DNA of 64,000 nucleotides from Macrostomum lignano (Eukaryota): NCBI GenBank assembly GCA_002269645.1, contig NIVC01002764.1, positions 38,755 to 102,754 of the forward strand, read 5' to 3'. Shown piece by piece: positions 13,150 to 22,392 of this stretch (position 1 is its first letter; each line of letters starts with the position of its first letter). The notes under the pieces were generated by a model. It saw only the letters and a program-made list of their open reading frames with translations, ran no database searches and was not told where the DNA came from. The position numbers and the translations under genes were made by a program.

Positions 13150-16100
13150 ATGCTGTTTCAAAAACTGTATGTACATAAAAATTCGTACCATTTCATCAAG
13201 GATGACGCTGGTAACCAGCCACCGCAGCCTGCTAATGACACTGCTGTCACCGAGGCTGCCGAAGACCTCCTTCGGCTGGCGCTGGCCGGCGATGTTGCGG
13301 CGTTTAAGCTGGCAGCTGCTCGCTGGACTGGTTTCGGCACCGGCAACAACAGTGACTGCGCGCAGCCTCGGCGTCGCCTTAGCGACATTCGCGACTCGCA
13401 CGGTGCCGGCCTTGTGCACTACGCGGCGAGGTCTGGCGCGCCGGAGCTTCTCAACTATCTGGTGTCGGAGCTCGGCTTGTCGGCGACGCAACCGGCAGTT
13501 GAATTCGGCGACACGCCGGCGCACAACGCAGCCGCCGCAGGCCAGTTGGCTTGCCTGACCTGGCTGCTGCTGGAGGCCGGAGCTGATCCGCTGGCCCGCG
13601 ACGCCGAGGGCATGAACCTGCTGCACGTAGCGGCCTACTCCGGCCACGCGGCTGCAGTTGAGTGGCTGCTGCACCAGACTCCGTGCTCGGCTGCCGACCA
13701 ATCGGCTAGCGGGGCCGTGCCAGCGCAGTTCTGCCGGCTCAACGACGATGAGACCCTCGGACTGCTGCAACAGCGACAGGTGAGAATGAGAACAGTGGGA
13801 TACGCTAACAACAGCAACAAAATGCGCTGTGAGTAGGTCTTAAAATCAGCATCGCAGAAAGCAGCGCAAACGCAAGCCATGCTCCGGCTCTCGCTGATAG
13901 GGTGTCTGCAGAGTCAGCAGCAGCGTCAACCTCCCGCACCAGTAGTTATGGGCAGTATTTTGCGGCAATTGTGTGTAATAAGTAAAGCCATGATCAAAGT
14001 CTCCTCTTCGGCGTGTAGGAGTTCACCGATAAGTTTTCACCTCAACCTTCACCAGTTCATGAGGATTGATCAAGCACAGAAAACTAAGGGTGGCAGCTTT
14101 AATAGAAATTGGTCTCCGAAAATTACAGTGGTCCTCTATAGGCCCACAAGCGCACGGATACATGTACGTACGCAGTCATACGCAATACAGACGCACTCAC
14201 ACAGGAGTGTACAGCGGCGCTAACTTTATTTATCGTTAGGCATGTACACTTCACTGTGCCTTGGGGTTTTTGCCTTCAAGGCCGTTAATTGCACGAGCAG
14301 AGCCAAGCCGAGATTCTAATTTAGCCTCAACTTAATGTGACTGCATTTGGAATCGAGAAGTGTGCCTACTTCTATGGACAACGGGTTGGCTGCATCAGTT
14401 GTTTCAGCATCCTGTCTGTGAGATGACATTTGAAACGTTTTCAGCACTGGAATGCACTGCTGAAGAAATGCAGCACAGCGTGCAACGGCCAATCGCCTGA
14501 GGGAAGATATTAGGCAAGATAGAGCAACCATACAGCAGTTCAGGGCGTGGCTGCTAGATATTGTTCTCATCTGTTCCTATCTATAGTCAGTCCTCTCCTC
14601 TTGACTGCGTTGCTTTTTGTAGCATATAACTGTCCATAAGCTTGCCCTGCCCATTAGTGTCGCGGCTGCTCGCTCAAAAGTAACACAAACTGCAGGGCAA
14701 TTGCAGCGGACTCACGGTGATAATTATGGAATATAGACATTGGCGTAAAACAGGCAGATGGAAAGAGGTGATGGCAATACGTAAAGGGAAAAATAATTGG
14801 GGGGAAGGCTTCCAGTATTAATTCAATATTGATTTTTCCTGGGGGATGCACTTGACACGCAATTAGCTTCGCATATAATATTTAATAAAATGTGGAGAGC
14901 TCTGTATTTGAGTTCAATTAGGCTTTCCAATCGGTACACGCCTGTCTCTGGGCTAGATAGATTTGAAAAACATTTTAAATAACTTCAGCTGTCACTAATT
15001 AGCTAATTAAATGATTCTGCACCCAGAAAAACTTTTTGGTAAATTTGCGACACACAAGTAAGTCAGTAGGTATGCAAAGTTATGCCCAACAAATAAGATT
15101 TGTACTTTCAATTCGATTCCCTTAGAATCGATCAAACACTAACAAAACCTCAGTGAAAGCATATAGTGTGATTACTGTGTAAAAAGTGCATAGTAAGATG
15201 GAAGATGTAATATAATATTTTTAACTAATTGAGGACACCGCATACGATCAATTCCATACATTTTTACCTCTGAACAATAATATTGGTAAAACAACACAGC
15301 TACTATTAGTAGGCCCGGGCCCGGATTACTATTGTGAAGTTTCAAAGAACCCGAGGGTCGAAGAGAAAGGCTTCGCGGGCCGCATTTTATCCGCAAGCCA
15401 GAGTTTGCCGACTCCCATGGCTTATACGCTTCCATTAGAATCTGGCTCGATCGCTCCCCGCAGGTGCCAGGCACTGTCAATGCGACTTCAGTTTCACCAA
15501 TGACGAGATCAATCTACTCAATACCGGAAGTGCCAGTGTCGCCTTCACCGCCGCCACAACGGCAATCAACAATCAGGATGACAGACTCCAGCATCCAGTC
15601 AGCATCTCTACCAACGGCTACGCGATCACCATCCGTGATCAAAGGCACCGCTGCGGCTGATAAATCAGTTCCAACAATGCCTGTATCGGTTAGTAAAGGT
15701 ACCGCCGACTCAGAGCTATCGTCAATGAGCAAGGAAACGACAGAACTGACAACTGAACTGATGACAGAACTGACAGGTTCCGTCGCGCTGCAGCCAATCA
15801 CCAAAGGAACCGCCGCCGCTTCAAACATTCCGCCAGCACCCCCGCCACCTCCACCACCGGCTCCGCCACTTCCACCTGCAATGATCAAACGGACCGCCTC
15901 GACTGTTCCTTCAGCTTCAACTTCACAACAGTCTACAGAGATCAAAGGAGCCGCTGGCAACTTAGCTATTCCACCAGCACCTCCGCCACCTCCACCTCTA
16001 GCATCGGGTTCGCAACAGTCAGTAATGCTTATACGGTCATCAGCTCCGCCGGTCACCCAGCCAGTCAACAACCAGTGTTCGGTGATTCCTCCAGCGCCGC

Positions 16101-16579
16101 CGCCTCCGCCCCCGCCCCATCGCGTGGCTCCTAGATTTAAAAAATCTTCGGCGGTACGACGGCCAGCAAGTTGCGGCGCTCTGGCCGATGCCGCCATGAA
16201 GGGCCCAGTCTCAAAACAGCGGCAGACTCAGCAAGGAGACCTGATAGCCGAGCTGAAGCGATTCAACAGCGCACATCTAAAGAAACTGCAGCTGGTGGAA
16301 GGTCAAGATGACGGCGACAGCTGCAGCGGCTCTGATGTTGAGGAAAAGAAACAAGACGATGAAGAGAAGGCAGCTGACCAGCAAAAGCGACCGCAACCCT
16401 TCGTTGATGAAGAGTCGCAGCAGCAGCCCCGGTGGCTCCGCGAGTATCGAGCCCGTCAAGAGGCTCAACGAGCAGCTCGCGATGCTGAGGCGGCCGCCCT
16501 CCAACAGGCCGAGGAAGCTCGACTGGCGGGCCTGCCGCCGTGGAAGCGGCAGCTGCTGCAGCGCCGCATGATCACTTAA
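13150..16579 (+). CDS. Espin/forked-like actin-bundling protein (ankyrin repeats, polyproline, WH2, C-terminal actin-bundling module)
   Basis: Exon 13150 (or acceptor at 13201)-13779 encodes ankyrin repeats (GAGLVHYAARSG, GDTPAHNAAAAGQLACL.WL, GMNLLHVAAYSGH); donor cag|GTGAGA. The last exon (15464, possibly 15340, to 16579) has polyproline tracts, a WH2-like GDLIAELKRFNSAHLKK and the espin-type end EEARLAGLPPWKRQLLQRR. Intervening small exons are unresolved. Confidence 0.85.
14133..14357 (-). mobile_element. tRNA-derived SINE family A, 5'-truncated copy
   Basis: Clearly similar to 19745-19989 and to the reverse complement of 41340-41545; stops at the B-box. Confidence 0.8.
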
Positions 16580-17043
16580 GAGCCCCATAAAACAGAAAAA
16601 GTGCGAGGTTATAATATGCACTCTGACATTTGACCCTAAAACCGGAATAATTTCTGCAAAATGCACAATACAATCAGTTTGAAAAAGCATAAAATTTCGT
16701 ACACTATATGATTAAATGCATACATGTACATGTAGTTAACCGATTCGTGTTTCGAGGTTAAATACGCAGTGCAAGGCACAGATTATGTTACCTAGATGTA
16801 TCACTCCTGCATTTGCTAATTTATTTAGCGGCCGTCTCCGAGGCCCCCAAAACCGAGGGGTTAGGGCCGCAGACAGTAGCTGCTTCTAATGTCTTGAGCT
16901 GCAGTAGAAGCTACAGTCTATGGTCAAAATCCTGGGGTTTTCTCGCTGCCGCCTGGCGACTGGAGTGGCCCATCTAGGTTAATACAATCTGTGCTGCAAG
17001 AAGCCCGCTGTGAATGTCTATGGCTAAAGGACTACGTATGTAT

Positions 17044-17603
17044 TATAGCTTTTGACATGCCAAAAATGCGAATTTGGCCAAGCTAGTTGAGACTAAGCTA
17101 TCTGCTGCATGCAGACACAGATACTCTTATACATAGAAATAGGTCCATAGCTTGACAAGCAAATTGTGAATTTGACACGCGAATTGAGAATCACGCTTTT
17201 TTGTTGTTTCGCCTTGCTCGTAACCCTACTCTGCATACAAAATGCTGCATGGTAGCTGAAAAGCTTCCGCCGGCTGGGCCGTTGCCTGACGATGCAGCTA
17301 TTCTGAACATTGCATTATACGTTGTCCAGTTTCCTGGTTTCTGCATTCTGAGCTGCATCCAGCATTGCGCTGTTTCCAGATTTTCTTACAGTTCTGCGTT
17401 ATGCGCCAACACCAAATAAAGTGGCTCAAGCACGCATCTTTAACTTCTCTCCTGCGTTGCATTCTCAATTTGCTTGCCAGGCTGTCTATGGTGGCAATGC
17501 ATATGGACGTTATGTCTGTCTGTGTCTGCATGCAGCAGATAGCCGAGTCGGCGAGTCTCAACTAGCCTGGCCAAATTCTCATTTAGCATGTTTTAAAAGC
17601 TAT
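17044..17603. mobile_element. Foldback/MITE-like element with long imperfect inverted repeats
   Basis: 17044-17125 (atagcttttgacatg...gaatttggccaagctagttgagact..gctatctgctgcatgcagacacaga) is the reverse complement of 17515-17603, with further partial matches inward. No TSD identified. Confidence 0.65.
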
Positions 17604-18345
17604 GATTCAGTGCATGAAGTCAGCGGGCGGCGCGTGGGTGGGCTTTGATGCGTACAGGAGCTATTTTGAAGTTAACACAGCGCCAAGTGAGGATTTTACC
17701 ACAGACAATCTCGGCGAGTGTGAAACGCGTTTCGTGTCTGTCCGCTGATTTTGCACCGAATCAAGGTCTTTTGGCCATAGACATTCTCAGCGGGCGGTCT
17801 GCTGTGCGATTCAACCTCATTCCAACACGCTTATCCTGACTACAACTCGTCTAAACATTGTTAAAGTCAACCATCACAGAATCAATAGTTACACAGAGCC
17901 CTGCAACTTCAGTACAATCGACTGTGTTTTTAAGCGTTCACAGACCAGATACAGAGTAACTATGTTATACGAGCTAATTGAAAAGACTTGTGTTTAGCGC
18001 TTAATCTGCACAGACTGGAACTTGCTCCTGGTGAGATAAATCTTCATTTCAAAATAAAAAATACTCTTCAATCAGTCAGTTGCTTTACTGACGACGAAAA
18101 TATTTTCCAGCTATGAGAAACTGTAATTCAATACTAGAAGCAAAAAACCATTTGACTTTTTTGTCCTTGGAGCTGAGACTATTGATCTTAAAAGAAGATC
18201 AAAGTCGTAAAGTCTCAATTACAAAAACTTGGCTGTTGACTTTGTCTGCCTATTTAGAGCCAGGTTCTGCTTTGCTCATTTCCTAGCTCCAACAAGACTC
18301 CAAAGTTAATGCGACGCCTAGACTTAATGCGTACAATAACTTCAA

Positions 18346-18657
18346 ATGGCGACACTACCTCTTGTTGTCATGACAACGTGCCTGCTGTTAGCGACTTCCG
18401 GCTGGACAGCAGCGACGCTAATTGAATTATACGGACCTTCGCTGAGGAACCCGCACTGCCGCTGTTCCGTTACCACAAAAATCACCTGCAACCAAGCCAG
18501 GCCTGACCAGCCCTGCCTAACAAAGGTGTGCGTCAATGGGAACAGCTGCTCAATTCTGGTGGGCTCCATTAGCGACCTGCATCACGTGACAAGCGAGTGC
18601 ATCAAAGATTTTAACAGTTGCCGCGTGTGCGTGTTCAACAATTGCAAGACCTATTAA
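18346..18657 (+). CDS. Small secreted cysteine-rich protein, 103 aa, family unassigned
   Basis: Single-exon ORF with a hydrophobic N-terminal signal peptide (MATLPLVVMTTCLLLATSGWTAA) followed by 10 cysteines, good start context (caaATGG) and an AT-rich downstream region. No homology recognised. Confidence 0.7.
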   Translation: MATLPLVVMTTCLLLATSGWTAATLIELYGPSLRNPHCRCSVTTKITCNQARPDQPCLTKVCVNGNSCSILVGSISDLHHVTSECIKDFNSCRVCVFNNCKTY

Positions 18658-19296
18658 GCTGACTTTGGATTGACTGCATCAGTACACATTAAAACATACT
18701 GCAGCAAATTGGTGAAGTAAATTTACATTACTCCAAATACAAGTTTGCGATGGTCAGATGCATTGAATACCATAAAATAAATAATTCAACCGATAACTTT
18801 AATACTAGTGGAATAGAAATTTCGATATCAACTGCGTACTAAAGGTGACAAACTCTGCTAATAATTATTCAGTCGGAAAAAATAAGTAAAAGAAGACGAT
18901 GAAATAACGGAACTCATATTTGGCTATAGTTTTCAATCGCAGCATTTCTTGGTTATATTGGACTGAAAATGACGGAGTTGTTGACATTCCTACAATTAAA
19001 ATCAACTGCATATAAACTGTTGCGGTTGGGTGATTTTCTATAACTTTCTAAAATACTACAAATACTAAAGTTCATTTTTGCAGGGAGACAAGTGGGGTGG
19101 CTGTTGTGATGTGATGGAATAATTAATAATGTTTTTCAAGTTTTCTTGCTACTTTCTACTTATAGTAAGACGACAGTGTTGTTAACAAAACGTGCTTAAC
19201 AGGTAGGGAGGGTCTATTTGAGTTTATTTGAACGCCACAGGTTTCTTTAAAATGGTCAGCACTGAGTTGCGCTCTCAAAGCAGCATCTGACTGATT

Positions 19297-19494
19297 CTAC
19301 AGGCGCTTCTTCTTGAGCTGCCACCAGCCGGCGAACAGGGGAGCCCCGAAGCCGGTCATGGTGTACAGCAGCATGTTGATTGACAGGCGGGTCTTGTTCT
19401 TGACGTTGAATGGCAGCGAGGAGCCGAAGCCGAACGACTCTGATTGGCGGACAACGCTAGTAGAAAAGGCGCGCCTAGCAACTTGGCCAAACAT
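19297..19494 (-). CDS. COX7C: Cytochrome c oxidase subunit 7C, 65 aa, intronless CDS
   Basis: MFGQVARRAFSTSVVRQS...SLPFNVKNKTRL...LLYTMTGFGAPLF..WWQLKK matches the COX7C pattern (presequence M.GQ..RRF.TS.VR, LPF.V.NK..L, F..PF...QL.K). Confidence 0.92.
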   Translation of the reverse strand: MFGQVARRAFSTSVVRQSESFGFGSSLPFNVKNKTRLSINMLLYTMTGFGAPLFAGWWQLKKKRL

Positions 19495-19744
19495 GGCTTA
19501 GCAATCAATTTGCTGCAATGTTTGTACACATTTTTCTGCAACTTGGTTATCCAAAAAATCTAAATTTCCAACTCTAGTTTGTTGTAGCATTGGCTATAAA
19601 AAGTGTTAAAGTTACCTTCTCTCTTTCATTGGTTTACAAATAAAAAGCCTGCATTGATGTTTTTTAGATAGTTAAAGATAGATGAGCTGTTGCATCCTGG
19701 TGCACTTTGAGCGACTTTGTCACAACCAGCGAGAGGCATTATTA

Positions 19745-19989
19745 CTCATTCTGCCGACTCCCCTGAGCAGGCACACAAGTCTGTGGATATGTATGCAGTC
19801 ACACGCACAGGCAAACACTCACACAGGAGTGCACAGCGGCCCTGATTTTATTTATTGTCAAGCATGCACACTTCACTGTGCCTTGGGGGTTGGCCTACAA
19901 GGACATTAATTGCATGAGCAGATCCAAGCCAAGATTCCAATTTAGCCCCAAATTAATGTGACTGCACTTGGAATCGAGTCTGGGCTGCT
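19745..19989 (-). mobile_element. tRNA-derived SINE family A, 5'-truncated copy
   Basis: Matches 14133-14357 and the reverse complement of 41335-41570. Confidence 0.8.
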
Positions 19990-20491
19990 AACACATCAGA
20001 GTGTTAGACTAGAACACTAGGCTATGCCCCCCCTAAACATTGACATTTTATGCTGATCAGATTTATATTCATATGAGCTAATAAATATTCATAGACTATT
20101 TAACAAATAACTTAGATAAATTAGGCCTTGGTTCTATAAGTGACAAATTTCAAAATCATTTGGTATCCTAGGCTCAAATTTATCATGCCAAATTTAAAAG
20201 TAGGATATTTTTTATCAAAAAAAATTTTGCTAAAAATTAAAGCTATAACAAAATACTAATATTTCAAGTGAAACTTTCAGAAACATAGAAGTTATATGCT
20301 TATAGACAATGTTTATACATTATTTAAATTTATAGTTTATAGAATATTTATATAATATATAATATATAGAATATTTCTTAATTATTAGGCATAATTAATA
20401 TTAGATATTTCAATTTTTTTGAATGTACAACATTTCAATAGAGGTTGGACAATGTCACAATTTCAAGATTTTTGAGACTCAAGATTTATAC

Positions 20492-21247
20492 TGTACTAGT
20501 GCTATGCCTTTATCATAGTATACTCGAATGTTCTTTCAATGTAATAACTGTATATTCGAATCTTTCTTAGAAACTGAATCTACGCGAACGCCAAATAATA
20601 GTTTGTTTTAATGCGCGAAATAAATTGGAGAATTATTTTTTTGTTTTAATCGTATGTGGGGGAAATCACTATATATAGGAGTGGTTTCGCGACAAATATA
20701 CTCCAACTGTCTTTTACTCGTGAGCAAATAATTGCGAACAGAATAAGCAGTTCAATCTAAACCATTTCAAAGTCTTTGAGCTAAATAGCGACTTATTTAT
20801 TTGCAAAACCTGTGAAACGATTCTAAGAAATTTGCTAAGAGAAGGGAATTGGGACTAATTCTTGGAGATATACCAAGAGAGGCGCCGTGACCCTCTAGTC
20901 TCGGTGAACGCCCGATTAGGACTATACACTAATACATATACCAGTACTAGACCGCTCAGGCCATAAGCTACTAGAACGCTACCAGAAAGCAAGCCATAAG
21001 CTACCAGAAACGCTACTAAGAACGCTACTAAGAACGCTACCCAGAAATATTTAAATGAAATTCTAAGAAATAGTTAGGGAGTAAAAGCAAGTATAATCAG
21101 GATAACTGTAGTTGGCAAATCGGTGGGATTAAAATTGATAAAGTAAGAGGTGAAAGGCCTGTAACAACTTTGGTGGCAGCTCGTAGGATATTTAATAAAC
21201 ACTAATAGTTAGAAGTTTAGAAAGACAGAGCCAAAAGGCCTGTCACA
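20492..21247 (+). repeat. 5' LTR (756 bp)
   Basis: tgtactagtg...aaggcctgtcaca; no difference from the 3' LTR seen by eye; TATA-like ctatatatag near 20669; internal gctac(t/c)a(a)gaa repeats at 20960-21045. Confidence 0.97.
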
Positions 21248-21249
21248 GC

Positions 21250-21269
21250 TGGTGGCAGCGGTAAGGATT
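21250..21269 (+). promoter_or_regulatory. Primer-binding site complementary to the tRNA-Leu(AAG/TAG) 3' end
   Basis: TGGTGGCAGCGGTAAGGATT, 2 nt after the LTR; the first 13 nt equal the reverse complement of the canonical tRNA-Leu end (TGGTGGCAGCGGTGGGATT), recalled from memory. Confidence 0.85.
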
Positions 21270-21348
21270 AGAGAAACGGCGCGAACTCTTAAAACTAGAT
21301 TCAGAAGAATTCCGAAGAATAATTTGAAAAGTTTTTCATAGAGAGAAG

Positions 21349-22353
21349 ATGAATCAGAATCAGGCTAATGATGCCATCGCCATGCTGGCAGAAGAATTGC
21401 GAAACCGACTAGAGATAGGGCCGATGAGACACGTTAAGATTCAGAAATTCACACCTACGCAAGACATTCGGATCTGGCTAACAGCCTTCGATCAGCGCTG
21501 TGAAGTAGAAGGGATAGATGAGGAACATAGGAAGCAGGAATTGCTAGCTAATCTGGACCTGTCCACTGCATTCGCAGCGGTACAGCGCCTAAATCTGCCC
21601 GAGGATCTTGAATACGAAGAGTTCAAAGAGCGACTGATTGAGCGATTCGGAAGAATCGGTAGTTCCGCAGAATTCAGAGAGGAGTTTCGTGGAAGAATGC
21701 AAGGCAGAAATGAGCCTGTAGAGACTTTCGCAGACTGTTTGATCGAGCTGGCATCGCGTGCATTTCCGAATATGACGGTTGAGCAAAGGGAAGAAGAAAT
21801 TGTTGAGCAATTCATCAAGGGAATCAGAATTCCGTCAGAGACCCGTGAGAAGCTAATCTTTGCGCAGCCAGGCAATTTACAAGAGGCTAGAAGAATGCTA
21901 AGAAGGATGGAGGCTGCGTGGAACATGTCTCACAAGAATGTCAACATGAGAATGGCCAAAGGCGAAGGCGAGAGTGAGCAGAAGGCAGATCAGGAAAAGC
22001 TTGAGGACATCATCAAGAAGCAGAGAGCAGAGTTAGAGCAACAGAAGAAGGCGATTGAGGAGCTGATGGAAGAGAAGAGAGCTAGCCGTCAGCAGTATCA
22101 TCCGCAGAATCAATATCAAACGTACGCTCAGGTCGCTGGACCGCCGCAGCAGCCGAGATATCGGCCGCAGCAGCAGCAGCAGCAGCAGCCAGTATGGCGC
22201 GGTCAGCCTCAGTTCAACAGGCAGCCACAGCAACAGCAGCAGCCTCGAGCCTGCTACAATTGCGGGAAGCTTGGCCACATGGCGAGGAATTGCCAGAGCG
22301 CTAGGCCAAACGGTCAGCGAGTGATGGACTACCAGAAGCAGCAGGGAAACTGA
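21349..22353 (+). CDS. gag: Gag (capsid-like domain plus CCHC zinc knuckle), 334 aa
   Basis: Zinc knuckle CYNCGKLGHMARNC; retrotransposon capsid-like N-terminus; ends QGN*. Confidence 0.96.
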   Translation: MNQNQANDAIAMLAEELRNRLEIGPMRHVKIQKFTPTQDIRIWLTAFDQRCEVEGIDEEHRKQELLANLDLSTAFAAVQRLNLPEDLEYEEFKERLIERFGRIGSSAEFREEFRGRMQGRNEPVETFADCLIELASRAFPNMTVEQREEEIVEQFIKGIRIPSETREKLIFAQPGNLQEARRMLRRMEAAWNMSHKNVNMRMAKGEGESEQKADQEKLEDIIKKQRAELEQQKKAIEELMEEKRASRQQYHPQNQYQTYAQVAGPPQQPRYRPQQQQQQQPVWRGQPQFNRQPQQQQQPRACYNCGKLGHMARNCQSARPNGQRVMDYQKQQGN

Positions 22354-22392
22354 GTAGCGAGGGCCGCTTTGCGAGGCCACGTCCCTCTAGCA
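22344..22392 (+). promoter_or_regulatory. -1 programmed ribosomal frameshift signal (G GGA AAC plus downstream stem-loop)
   Basis: Heptamer GGGAAAC at 22344-22350 immediately before the gag TGA; the -1 frame is open from 22350 into pol; downstream GAGGG/CCCTC and GGCC/GGCC can pair. Confidence 0.85.
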
